Notes: generated by a model not told the origin, from the sequence alone. A stretch of DNA of 64,000 bases from the human T2T-CHM13v2.0 reference genome, Homo sapiens (GCF_009914755.1 NC_060927.1), one strand, 5' to 3'. Counted from the first letter of the stretch, positions 14,926 through 27,820 are shown. Program-made: numbers and translations.

Positions 14926-15016
14926 ATGGATGGAACCAACAGATTTTACTTGTACGTCTGGGAGACAGAGCGCCAGCAGGATGTGGAGCACGTGGCCCGC
15001 TGTATTCTCTGCTACG
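14926..15016 (+). pseudogene. COL6A4P2: Exon: end of VWA C1 (MDGTNRFYLYVWETERQQDVEHVARCILCY), 91 nt, phase 0-1
   Basis: ttggattag|ATG...TGC TAC G|gtaagc. The CxxC motif matches COL6A3 CHVCLD. Confidence 0.88.
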
Positions 15017-15819
15017 GTAAGCCAGGACAGCCTTTAGAACAGGATGAATTCACTGGTGGCCACAGGCTAGCTCTGCTCGGCAGATGTGTATTTACTTGGC
15101 ATGTGCAGGGTTTTAAAATCTAGAGAATTTCCTATGAAGTCTGGATTTCTGGTTTTTCTTAGGAAGTCAGACTTATCATGAGAGTCACAGACACTGCATT
15201 CCCATGAGAAACAGTCAGCACAGCTGAGTTGGGCCTGACCCCTCTTAATGGGGTGAGGAGTCTCACAGTCCTTACCCCTCCCTATCTTACTCCTGGCATG
15301 CTCTGCTCATTTATCTGTCCTGCTAGCTGCTGGGTTGGCTGGGCTTGTGGTTCCTGCCTTAGTGCACCTTAGTGTGACGGGCAGGCCACTGAACTAAGAA
15401 TTAAGAGTGATAGGTTCTAGGCCTGGAACCACCATTGACCAGCAGTGGGATACTGGCCAGTCATCCAGTTTGTCTTGGTTCCCATCCTCCATTGCTGTAT
15501 CCCACACCAACCTGTGCTGGAGAGAAGTTTCTGCTGAAACGCGTGCATGCCCATATGTGAAGAGCTCCTGTCCACACCCATTTTACCTAGCACCAGAGTG
15601 GGTAAACTTGAAGGGATGTCATGGTTTTCTGTGTTTGATCCACACTAAGCCCAGTACTACCACAAGATACTCAGCTATGACAACTTGGTCAAGTCAAGTG
15701 TAGTAACTGCCATTTGTGAGTATGTCACAGGTGATGAACTGCTTTCACATCCATCATCTAATCTGACACATTGCTTTTTTGGGCCTCAGTTCCCTCTCCT
15801 CTAGAAGCCTAAACCTAGC

Positions 15820-16075
15820 TAGTGTTCATCGAGGTTTTACTATGCATCAGGCATTGTTTTGAACACTTACATATATATGAACTCAGTTTTTCTTTTAAAC
15901 TTCATAAACAACCTCAAAAGGAAGTACTATTATTATCATCATCATTACCTCCATGTGTCACATGAGGAAACTGAGGTTCTGGTAGACTAAGTAATTTACC
16001 CAAGGTCACATGCTGAGTAAGGAATAGACCTGGAGTGAACCAGGCAGCCAGGTTGCTGAACTCTTGACTATTACC
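15820..16075 (-). mobile_element. MIR
   Basis: catgaggaaactgaggttc...aagtaatttacccaaggtcaca. Confidence 0.75.
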
Positions 16076-16099
16076 CCTGTGCTTTGCTAATGACTGAAT

Positions 16100-17097
16100 T
16101 AGGAGTTTTTAACCTTTCTTGGTATCATAGATCCCTTCTGCATCTGGTTAAACCTATGCTCTCCTTAGAATAATGTTTTTCAATGCAGAAAATAAAAAAC
16201 AGGATTACAAAGGAAAATGATTACATTGACATTATCAAAATACTTAAAAATTTTGATATAGTAATATATATTTTTAAAAGTTTTATTTTTAATTGGCAAA
16301 TAATAATTATATAAATTTTTGGGGCACAGTGATGTTTCAATGCATGTATGCATTGTTGAATGATCAAATCAGGCCAATTAACATAACAATTGCTTCAAAT
16401 ACTTATCACTTGTGTATGGTGAATATGTTTAAAATCCACTTTTTAAAGCTACTTTGAAATACACAATACATTATTACTGACTATAACACCATGCTGTGCA
16501 ACAGACCACCAGAACCTGTCCTTCTGTCTAACTTAAACTTTGTACCCTTTGACTAATGTACCTCCTTTCCCCATTCACCTCCCTGCCGCTCTCCCTATGC
16601 TCTATTTCTATGAGTTTGAACTTTTTATATTCCACATACAAGTGAGATCGTACAATATTTGTCTTCCTGTACTCGGCTTATTTCACTTAGCATAATGTCC
16701 TCTAGGTTCATCCACATCACAAATGACAGAATTTCCTGCTTTTTAAAAAGGCTGAATAGTATTCTGTTGTGTATATATACCACATTCTTAACCCATTTGT
16801 CATGTGCTTCTTTATTAGCATTTTAAATGATAAGATCTAGCAGGTCTAATAACTATTATTTCAAAGTATTAGTGAGTGCAAATAATATTGAGCCATTTGC
16901 AACCACTGATAAGGAAATCAGTGATTTCTATTGGTGTCGGAATCACTGGTATTATAGTTGTTTGTTGTCTTTATGCACAGTGAAAAGAAATGTTAAATTT
17001 CATTTCAATAGAGGTAGTGAAAATAAAGATGTAATTTTTTCCCATCCTCATTCACAGACACCTTGGGAGACTGTGGTTCCCAGGTTAAGAACACCTG
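16100..17097. mobile_element. hAT-Charlie non-autonomous DNA transposon (MER119-like) split by an antisense L1MA 3' fragment (~16280-16800)
   Basis: Terminal inverted repeats aggagtttttaacct (16101) and aggttaagaacacctg (to 17097). Internal L1 3'-end motifs. Confidence 0.65.
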
Positions 17098-17129
17098 CCC
17101 CCGCCAGTTCTAAATGAAAGATTTTGGCC

Positions 17130-17305
17130 CAGCAGTGGGTCTCTAACACCGTTGTTCATCAGAATACCTGCATACATTTCAATGATAGATTCTGAGCTCC
17201 CTCCCAACACTACCAAACCAGAATCTTGACGTGGCTGGAGCCTGGGAATCTACAGTAAAAAAAGAAAAAAAAATTATACATGCCATTTCGATGCTGAACC
17301 AGCTT
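17130..17305. mobile_element. MER5-type DNA transposon relic
   Basis: cagcagtgggtctctaa..catcagaatacctg..ccagaatctt..ggagcctgggaatct. Confidence 0.55.
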
Positions 17306-17783
17306 GAGAGCTCTAAGACTACACTATTAGCTTTTCATTTAAAATTGGCAATGTTTGATCTTTTTTTCTTAACCTTAAAAAAAAGGCACTTTCATATGGT
17401 CATTAAGGTCACTTGCAGCTCTAGCAATCAATGTTTTTTTACGTGGTTTCCCACTAGTGTTGATTTATCTATTGTTAGATTATAATCTATTATTAGATTA
17501 TAATTATTTTTTGGAGGAGGAAATAGAGGTGATGTCTGTGAACACAGAGACTGGGAAGCCATATGGCCTAGTGGTTGAAAACATTAAGTGTGCAATTGAT
17601 CTCAATTCTTCTTATGAGAAATGAGCCCATTTACAGTGCCCATTGACTTGCCACGTCACCACAATGCCTGGAGGATAGTGCTCAGAGACAGCTGTCCTTA
17701 CTGAGGGTCTGGAACTGTGTTTTGCATGGAAAAGAAGGGGATGCGTGGTTTAACTCCGGCCTCTCCCTGCACTTCCTTCCTAG

Positions 17784-18466
17784 ACAAATGCAGACCAGAC
17801 CCAGAATGCCCGGCTGGCACGCCGGGGCCCCAGGAGGTGGACGTGGACTTGGTATTTGTGGTGGACAGCTCCTATGGAGTGGATGCCGACGTGTACCGCG
17901 GGTCTTTGAGTCTAGCGGACGCCGCGCTAGAAGACCTGGAGGTGGCTGAGCAGCCGGGCGCGTCCCACCGTGGGGCGCGTGTGGCCCTGGTGACGCACAC
18001 GACACCCAACTTCTGGCCGGGTGTGGGTTGCCTCCCTGTGCTCGAGGGCTTCCACTTGACCACCTATGGCAACCGGAAGCAGATGCAGAGACATGTGCGC
18101 GAGGCTTCAGCCCGCCCCTTACAGGGAACCCCCCCCCGGGCCACGCCCTGGAGTGGACGCTGGAGAATGTGCTCCTGGCAGCCCCTCGGCCGCGGAAGGC
18201 ACAAGTCCTCTTCGCCATCGTGGCCAGCGAGACAAGTAGCTGGGACAGGGAGAAGCTATGGACTCTGTCCCTGGAGGCCAAATGCAAGGGCATTACCCTC
18301 TTTGTGCTGGCCTTGGGTCCGGGTGTGGGGACCCATGAGCTAGCCGAGCTAGCCGAGCTGGTCAGTGCTCCCTCTGAGCAGCATCTACTGCGCCTACAAG
18401 GGGTCTCAGAGCCAGAGGTTAACTACGCTCAGGGATTCACTCGGGCCTTCCTGAACCTCCTAAAAA
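17784..18466 (+). pseudogene. COL6A4P2: Exon: VWA domain C2, -1 frameshift in C9 run at 18129-18137
   Basis: cttccttcctag|AC AAA TGC...CTA AAA A|gtgagc. 683 nt for a phase 1-1 exon, which needs a multiple of 3. Homology switches from ORF 17717 to ORF 18028. CpG-rich. Confidence 0.92.
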
Positions 18467-18897
18467 GTGAGCAGTCCCCGGGAACTGGGGCACCTTGGGT
18501 GGAGTGGGGAGAGGGATTTACAGAGCCTGGCATTTGGGCATGCAGGTGCCTGTTGCAGATTCACTATTGCCTAATGTTTGTAGCCCAGCATCCCTGGGAA
18601 AAGCCAGGGAGCACCCCATTTCCTGAAAACCCTGCACTATTACCGCCCTGACATTGTGTCAAGCCTTGTGATGGTTTTTTGTCCTGAACTTCTCATAGGG
18701 GAGAAGTTCATGGCTGGGAGCCTCAGACTTCCACATAACTTTTCAATTTTCTCATTTGTCAAAATGAGAATTGCAGTCTTTTCTCTAATTGTGAAGCCAT
18801 ATGTTCAGGGAGGGGCTTTGAAAGCACCAATATTGTACACATATAAGGCATAGTTACTGCTATTACTATTTATTACTGCAGTTTCCAATAGTATTTG

Positions 18898-19030
18898 ACA
18901 GTGCTTCTTAAGTTTTTACATGCACATGAATCTCCTGGGGATCTTGTTAAAATGTAGATTGTGATTCGGTAGGTCTGCATTGGAGACAAGAGTCTGCATT
19001 TCTTACAAGCTTGAGAATGATACCAATGAT
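18898..19030. mobile_element. MER5A-like relic
   Basis: cagtgcttcttaag..gaatctcctggggatcttgttaaaatgtagatt..agtctgcatttcttacaagc. Confidence 0.7.
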
Positions 19031-19829
19031 CCTAGTTTATTTGATGTTTATTTTAAAGTAGAGGTTGACATGGCAGTGTGGAGTCAGGGGTTTTCAGGGA
19101 CTCACTAGGAAGTAAGGGAGACAGGACAAAAGTCTAGGGTCTTCCATTTCAGGTTGGATTGATGAAGCCAACAGTGAAGATTAAGGGGCAAGGGCTGTGC
19201 CAGTGGGTCCTAGCCAGAATTCTTTCCCATCCCCCTGCTCGAGCATCCTTAACTCCAATTAGAACTAGTGGAATTGTTATTGTTTTTTCTCTTATAACTA
19301 GATGAGTTAAATTCGTGGGCAGCCAAATCTGTATCCCTAGCATGATAATGGAGATTTAGAATTGCGATGGCAAGGGTATTATCCTGGTCACATTGTTAGC
19401 AGTTTGTCTTGGGTTTCATCCTCCAGTGCATAATTCAACTTATGTGCAGGGTGCTTTGCTGTAACATGTGGGGCCTCCTTGCCCTCCTTGCTTGGAGACT
19501 TTAGTTTCTCAGTTTATAGGTGGTTGTGGTAGCCCACTGGGAGCCTTGAGGGACATCTTCGCCTTCATCACTATAAGAATAAAAGGAGTTTGATGGACAT
19601 CTTAGAAGTACTAACACAGCATTTGTACCTCTCCAATTTGAGAGGTACAAAGATCAGTGAATTGGTTCTAGTCCTAGCTCTGCCATTAGTGAGCTATGTG
19701 ATCCTAGAAAAGTTCATGAATGTCTCTGAACCTTAGATTTCTTATATATGTGGGGAGTGGTAATAGAAGGCTGATGGCTTAGAGATTCTTTGAAGGAGAA
19801 GCGGCCTGAAGGAATCACTTTTCTAATCT

Positions 19830-20250
19830 GTTTTAATTTAATTTTACTTTATTTTTTATATTGTATTATGTTAGATTGTATTTTGTATTTTGTTTTTCTC
19901 TTAGGTTGGATTTTACTTTGCATTATTTACATAATAGGATACATTTTATGTTTTTATTTTGTTTTATTTGCTTTTATATTATATTTATTTTATGCTTTAT
20001 GTGAATATATTTTATGTCTTTTTGATTTTATGTCTTCCAGGATTAAAAACATTAATGTTTTATTTGCTTTTATTTTTATATTGTTATGTTTTATTTCATT
20101 TTGTTTCATTTGTTTTATTTTATATTTTACACTTTGTTTTACTTGATTTTATGTTTTGAATTTGATGTCTTCATGAATAATATTTTGTTTTATTTTATTT
20201 TAGAATTTTATATTATTTTATATTTGACTTGATTTTTTATTTTACTTTTA
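19830..20250. repeat. T-rich low-complexity degenerate (TTTTA/TTTTG)n tract
   Basis: ~420 bp of T-dominated sequence ending at the acceptor of the 20252 exon. Confidence 0.85.
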
Positions 20251-20251
20251 G

Positions 20252-20348
20252 GTGGGACAAACCAGTACCCACCCCCAGAGCTCACTGAAGAATGTGGGGG
20301 CCTACACCGTGGGGACACTGTGCTGCAATTAGTCACGCCTGTCAACAG
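20252..20348 (+). pseudogene. COL6A4P2: Exon: (S)GTNQYPPPELTEECGGLHRGDTVLQLVTPVN(R), 97 nt, phase 1-2
   Basis: tttacttttag|GT GGG ACA...AAC AG|gtgggt. Open frame. The N-x-Y-P-P...C motif follows the last VWA in long collagen VI chains. Confidence 0.85.
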
Positions 20349-20416
20349 GTGGGTTGAGGACAGGGTTGAGATTGGTCCATACCTCTGCCCCAAGGCAGAA
20401 GAGACTTTCTCCCTAA

Positions 20417-20723
<307 letters not shown>

Positions 20724-20995
20724 GCATTCTACCAATTTCTACCAATTTCCATTCTACCATATCGCCCCAAGCTTGAATTCCATATCCCAGAGGTAAAATT
20801 GATAATGCTAAACATATCATTCTGATTTTTCAAACATGTCTGCAAAGCTAAGAAAATAGTTAATGCAATAATACAGTCATTAGGAAATGCCCAAACATAA
20901 GGCTTACAAATCACAGCAATAACAGTAACAACAGTTGAGCCTCTCAGTTCTTGAGATTTTTTTCATGCAGTTTGACATGGATTGTTTCTATACAG

Positions 20996-21225
20996 GTTGC
21001 CCAGGCACCAGTTTGGTATGTCTGGCTTGGCTGATGATTTGGAAGCACTTGAAGCAACAGGCATTTTTCTAGAAGAGAAGAGAAAAGACATCACAACATC
21101 TATAACTCAGCAAGAAGCACTTGAAAATTATGAAAATAACAAATATGACATTGAAGAAAATGAACAAGAAACACCAGCAAAACAAAAAGAAACTAGAAAA
21201 GAAATAAATGCAGACACTACCTATG
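20996..21225 (+). pseudogene. COL6A4P2: Exon: acidic/charged unique region (LPRHQFGMSGLADDLEALE...EINADTTY), 230 nt, phase 2-1
   Basis: gtttctatacag|G TTG CCC...ACC TAT G|gtaaaa. Open frame, and the phases match both neighbours. Confidence 0.8.
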
Positions 21226-21594
21226 GTAAAAACCAAACTACTTCTTGGTCCTTAAGTTGGATTCACTTTTTTCATTTTTAACTTTTTCTTAAAAAAAATC
21301 CTGTGCACTGTGTTAGCATGCAATTTTTTAAAATTCACTTTGCTTACAAATCCACAGGTTCATGTATGCAGCTAAAGAAAATAGTTTAAAAAGAAAGACA
21401 AAGGCTAACTTTCACCTGGCTGTCGAACTGAGCTGGATGAAAGTTATTTCAGGGCGTATTATGAAGGCACACTCTATGAAGTGTCTGCACTACCTTTGCA
21501 GAGAAGCAATGAGTTATTGCAGAAGTGGTGAAGATACTCCTGACCTTGAAATGCACCTACTTGGAGACAGGCTCTACATTTTGGATACATCTAA

Positions 21595-21958
<364 letters not shown>

Positions 21959-23734
21959 TGCCAAGTTACTTTTTATATGTGATCAACAAATTAAGCAGAA
22001 CACTAAACACATGAGAAAGAGATACAGGAAAACTTCTCTGTGAAGTTCTGGAAAGTGATTCAAGATAGCTGAAAGAGTTTCTAGTGAGTGGTGTGGTTAG
22101 TCCTGGTTACATTAAAGGAGAGATCATTTATCTGAGGTTTTGAATGTGCCTAGATAATTCTCCATCTGGGGCTACTGGCTAGGTGGCCATGGGAGTTATT
22201 CACTCTCTTGGTGACTCAGTTTTCTGCTCTGCAAAGTGGGGATTATATGAGTCCCTACCTCATAGGTTTGAGAATACAACTTGATAATTCATGTGTTTGC
22301 CACATAGTATACATCCACACAAGTTAGTTAAGATGCTGATGATACATGCTACCTTTTAGATTTCAAAGCAAACACATGTCCAAAATAAATAACAGAATCA
22401 GACAGACATAGGAATACCACCTCCTTAGGCTAGAATATTAAACATAGAATAACTTACCTTGTTGGTTCTTATGTTTTCAGTATAGAATATCCTCAGGTAA
22501 TCTTACTAAGGTAATGATTTTCAGTCTTGATTGTATACTAGAGTCACCTGGGGATCTTTAAACATTGACCTCAGCCCAAATCAGTCAGAATCTCTGGGTG
22601 TAGGACTTACCCGGTGATTCCACTGAACAACCAAGAGTGAGAACTACTGCTTTAAGGCATTCTTTCTCATAAAATCAAGGTGGAAAGGATGGGGGAGAGT
22701 TTCCTAGTCAACTAATCCAATCCCATTCACAGACAAAAACTGAGGTTTGAAGGTCCCTGATACTTCTCAGCCGCTCTGTTGTTACGTGGCTCTGGCTGGC
22801 CAGTTTCCTTTCAGTTTTCATTCCAAGGTCATTCGAAACCCTCACCACCTCCTCAAGGTCCTTCCTCCATGCCTCTTCCTCTAGCAGATATGCCTCCCTC
22901 TTTTTTTATTCTTTTCAAAAGAAATAAAGGTGACCGAGCACAACCTCCTGTAACTTTCTGTATTTCTGCAAGCCTCTCTTCCTGCCCTCCAGTTGGAGAA
23001 AAGAACTGGCCCTTCTCTTATTCTGAATTGTCAAGAAAGACCAAAGGGCTCTTCCAGACCTTGTTGACTTGTGCTTCTTGGGATCTGGCCACTGTTGGCC
23101 ACTACCTTCCTCTTTAAACCCTCTCTTCTCACAGCTTTGGAGACAACATTCTCCTCTTGTTCTTCTATTCTGGCCAGTCCGTTTTTGTGGGCTCTTCTTC
23201 CCAGATCCACCTTCACAGGGGGATTCAGGTTTTATGGAATTTATACAATTTGGGGGCCCTCTTTAAGAAAAAGATTTTAAAAAATTATTAAAATTAAGTG
23301 AAAAGTGAATATTCATTTAGAAGAGCCTTATGCAAATGATTTGCTGTGAAGCCTAGGCTTTATTAATGTCATGATGAATCTGCTACACCCTTCCCCAAGA
23401 TTCTTTCTTCAGTCCTCCAAACACTCTGCACACACCACACTACTTAGGTATGCTTTCCCCCCCGCCCCCACAACATCGACTATCCCCTCTGTGCTGGTGA
23501 CTCTCAAATCCATATCTTCCACTTTAACTCTCTCCTGTGCTATAGCATAGTGTATTCAATTACCCTCCAGATCGTTCCACTGGATTTCCCTGCAGTCACA
23601 TCAAGCCAGCTTAGTTCAACGAACCCAACTCATTGTCTTTCCCATTCAAATCTCCTTCTCTTCCTTTACCAACTATCTTTATTGGTATGAACCACCAGTG
23701 GCCCAGGAATAGAAAGCCAAAACTCAGTATTATT

Positions 23735-24550
23735 TTTAAAAAATTAATTAATTAGATTTAGGAGTGCAAGTACATGTGGATGTATTGCATATTGGTGAAG
23801 TCTGGCCTATTAGAGTACTCATTACCCAAATAGTGTACATTGTACCCAAAAGATAGTATCTCATCCTACACACCCCTGCCCCTGCCCCTGCCCCAGCCCT
23901 CCCACCATTTGGAGTCTCCAATGTCTTATTCCACTCTGTATGTCCACATATACCAATTGTTTAGCTCCTACATATAAGTGAGAACATGCAGTTTTTGACT
24001 TTCTATTTCTGTATCATTTCACTTAGGATAATATCCTCCAATTCTATCCATGTTGCTGCAAAAGACATGATTTCATTCTTTTTTATGGGTGAGTAGTATT
24101 CCATGGTATATATACCACGTTTTTAATCAAATTAATTCGTTGATAAGCATTTAGGTTGATTCCATGACTTTGCTATTGTGAATAGTGCTCCTATGAGCAT
24201 ACGGGTGTAGGTGTCGTTTTGATATAATAATTTCTTCTCCTTTGGGCAGATACTCAGAAGTGGAGATGCTGGATTGAAGAGCAGTTCTATTTTTAGTTCT
24301 CTGAGAACTCTTCATACTGTTTTCCATAGTGATTGTACTAATTTACATTCCCACCAGTAGCGTTCCCTTTCTCCACGTTCTCACCAACATCTGTTGTTTT
24401 TTGACTTTTTAGTAATAGTCATTCTGACTACTCTAAATGCTATCTCGTTGTGGTTTTCATTTGCATTTCTCTGATGATTATTGATGTTGAATATTTTTTC
24501 ACATTTGTTGGCTGCTTGGATGTCTTCTTTCAAAAAATGCCTGATTGCCC
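23735..24550 (-). mobile_element. L1PB/L1MA-like 3' fragment inserted into an L2 relic (~23490-25080)
   Basis: Antisense L1 3' UTR and ORF2 end (ataagtgagaacatgcag, ttgcatttctctgatgatta). Flanks have L2-like pyrimidine-rich motifs. Confidence 0.8.
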
Positions 24551-25579
24551 AATATTATTCTAGTTGACCTCTTCTCCCTTGCCTCCTGCTGTCTAACTGG
24601 TCTGCTTTCTTCCAATTTGTCCTCCTTCCAGTTCCATTCTAAACAGCTGATTGACATTTCTAAAACACAAATATGGTTGTGTCCCTTCTCCTCTTCTATG
24701 GTTCCTCATTGTTTATAAGATAATGTTCAGGTGCCTGTGGAAGGCACATGGGCCTTTACAATTAGACCCCTGCTTTGGTCCTCTGGGGCTTTACTGGCTG
24801 CCACTTCCCTGCATATGCCTTTCGTGGCCTTTATGCCCCGCAGTTTATTCCAGATCTCTGTACCATTGCTTACCCTCACCTGACTGTCTATATTTCCTCC
24901 ACAGTGTCCACGTGGGCTATATCTACTCATCTTTTACTACTCAGCTCAAGTTTCACCTCTCCTTAGAGTTTTTTTCTATGCCTCCAGGTAGTTTTAAATT
25001 TTCACAGCCTCCTTGGTGCTCCTGAATCTTAAGACAAATTCTGCCATAGTGCCTGCTACCTTTCATTGCGCCTACCTGTAAAGAATTAAATGAGTTATCT
25101 CTCTTCGCAGGTGCCAGGCTGATCTTGGTACATTTTCAAGTTCAGTGTTATATCCAAAGCACACAGACCAATTTTTTGGTTTTCCCCTCCAAGTAGGGCT
25201 ATAAGACATATATGCCAGGGAATAGAATAAGCTGGAGCAAAATTATAATTTCATTGTAGCTGCTCTTTATACCTGCCAACTCTTTTCTTTTTCTTCACCT
25301 TTACCTTTCTTTACTCCTGGATTCCAAGAACTACTGTGAGTAAAATTGTTACTGCCACCGCATAGTTCTTCCAAGAAGGCAAAGGTTAATATTCATGGTA
25401 AAAAATAAAGCCAAATATAAGACTGGGGGCTAGCGATAATTGCTTGGGTAAAAATTTGTTGGCCCTCAATGCCTTAACATACTGGTAAAAGAAAAATTAA
25501 GACTAGTGGTATTCTGAGTGTTAAGCTACAATGATAATTTAGAGATAATTAGCATAAAGCATGAAGGACTCTTTCACCT

Positions 25580-25800
25580 ATAGCCGTAATGACCAATGTA
25601 ATAACTGCTAGCCACATTGGCTATTTACATTTAAATGTAAATAATTCAAAATTAAATAACATTAAAATTTCAGTTCCTTGATTGCACTAGCCACATTTCA
25701 AATGCTCAACAGCCACATGGGAGTGGTGGCTACTGTATTGGACAGCACAGATTTTCCGTTATTTTAAACATTTCATCGTTATAGAAAGTGCTACTCTAGA
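25580..25800. mobile_element. MER3/MER33-like hAT element
   Basis: gcactagccacatttcaaatgctcaacagccacatg..gtggctactgtattggacagcacag. Confidence 0.8.
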
Positions 25801-26869
25801 AGTCTAATTTAGGAAGAGCCGTCCCTGTTTGATTGTCTCTCAGACCCAAAGCAAGGGTGGAGGTTCTAAAGATGACAGAGTGTCCCTAGGAAAAGTGATG
25901 GATATATTTGAATGAATTCTTGGTTTGTCAGTTCAGAATCAGTTGTAACGGCAGAGGTTGGTGCCGGCTGATAACTAACCCGAGTCTATTTGTTGGCTCT
26001 AGAGAGTACAGCAAAGAGTTCACCATTGGAGTGTTTTTCTGTTGACAACAACAGGTTTTTGAATAAGTATTTCTCTTACTTCTCCTGGGCCTGTACTGCT
26101 TGTTATCTTATATCCTCCAGAGTAGGGGTCATGCAGTGAGCAAATTCAAATATGACTACTCAAAGCATAGGACTATTTCCATGATCAATTTCTTACCGTA
26201 CTAAGAGCATATCTCATCCCTGTGGGTACAGTACATCTGGTCACCTCTCCTAGAAAACTAGTCTGTGCCGATTATACTATTGGGAGGTTAGCAGATAGTT
26301 TCACAGAAACAAAGCATGAATTTTAAGGCTTGTGTTTTTGAAGATAGTATCCTCTTTATTTAAGGATACATGGAAGGCCTAGGAGGAACTGTGGGGAGGA
26401 TGGCAGCATTCTGTGCTTCAGGGCCAACCTGGATCAGAAATACTTCTGTGTGATACAAAGGATACCCAAGGAAATCTGTTCTCCCTAGAAGTTGAGGTGG
26501 GGAGGGTTATATACCTGGGAAAATCATTGCCTCATGTAAAATTCAGGGAGTCTCAGATCTTGCTTTGTTGTAATGTGTTGATTTCCAATGCTGTTTTTAA
26601 TTGTTCAGGAACATCATGTTTTTCCTTTAATAGATGTCTTAATTTCTCAGGCAAGAGCCAGGGTACTATAAATAATAAATAAGCTAGATTTCCTTAGGTC
26701 ATTAGAAGACTGGAGACAAGGGATTGGGATGGTTTGCAAAAGGAGGGAAAGCAGTATAATACACAAGTGAGGAGTGCTCAGTATCAGAAAGATTTATTAA
26801 TATTCATTCATTTATTCCCTCATGTGTACATTATCTGTGGCATGTCTTCCAGGTACTGTGCAAAGTCAT

Positions 26870-27075
26870 AGCTATAACTATGTTGCACATTTCACATATG
26901 TTATATGACACTTTATAACATACTTGTGATATAGAAGTTTTTTAAAAATATTGCTTTTATAGCTGAGGAAATTGAGGCTCTGAGGGGTTAAATTACTTGC
27001 TTAAGGTCACAGAACTAGTTGGTGGTGAGGCTGAGATTCATTCCCAGGTCTGTGACTCCAAACCATTGCTCTTTT
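26870..27075 (-). mobile_element. MIR
   Basis: gctgaggaaattgaggctctgaggggttaaattacttgcttaaggtcacag. Confidence 0.75.
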
Positions 27076-27124
27076 TCTGTCATGCTCATGCAGGAAATTC
27101 AGCTCTGTATTTATTTTGTTGCAG

Positions 27125-27297
27125 GTCCTTGTTCCATGGATCCAATGGAAGGCGAGTGTCAGGATCACACCCTGAAGTGGCATTACAACAAGGAGGAACG
27201 GGTTTGCCAGCAGTTCTGGTGTGGCAGCTGTGGCGGCAATGCCAACCGGTTTGAAACCAAGGAAGAATGTGAGGCTTGGTGTGTCCCAATACAGTAA
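27125..27297 (+). pseudogene. COL6A4P2: Terminal exon coding part: BPTI/Kunitz domain, stop TAA
   Basis: ttattttgttgcag|GT CCT TGT... giving CSMDPMEGECQDHTLKWHYNKEERVCQQFWCGSCGGNANRFETKEECEAWC, with Kunitz Cys spacing and GGNANRF. Confidence 0.95.
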
Positions 27298-27553
27298 CAG
27301 TACAAGCAGAGCCCTGTTACTGTTAAAGGCAGAGCTTTTAATGCTGATGAAATGGAGATTACCAGGGCTGAGGCAGGACCTCACAGCTCAGAAGTGACAG
27401 CCCATTCCAACACCTTGGACATCAGATTCCTAAACGTCTGAATGTTTTCACGCCAACAAGGACTTGGGCCAGATGATTTGTGACTTGAGGACTGAATTCT
27501 AATAGTTAAAAAAGTAACTGAAAGATATTTAAATGAATTAGAACGGAATGAAA

Positions 27554-27820
27554 AATAAACTTGAACTTATAATATTATTTTAAAATTTGGGGGTGCTATG
27601 TAGCAAAATAAAAATCAGTGTAAGCAGTGAGAAAAACCTAATTCAGAAATGAATCGAAACTTGGTTTGTTTTTTTCACCACCAGAGAATAGGGAAATATT
27701 AGTCAAAGAGAGGGCATGGAAGAAGGGACATCTAATGTGAACGAACTTCATACTTACTACTTAATGTAGATAAATAAAGGCATTCTTTATTAAATCATTT
27801 GGCATGAGACTGTGTGTGAT
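27554..27820 (+). terminator. Candidate polyadenylation signals
   Basis: AATAAA at 27554, 27607 and 27773. The last is followed by a GT-rich element (ctgtgtgtga). Which one is used cannot be determined from sequence. Confidence 0.6.

Noticed and set aside
17682-18293. 203-aa antisense ORF
   Set aside because: Shadow of a GC-rich coding exon with no recognisable domain.
19790-20159. Very hydrophobic ORFs resembling membrane proteins
   Set aside because: Artefact of T-rich low-complexity DNA.
23873-23905. (CCCCTG)n G4-like tract
   Set aside because: Corresponds to the G-rich tract of the host L1 3' UTR.
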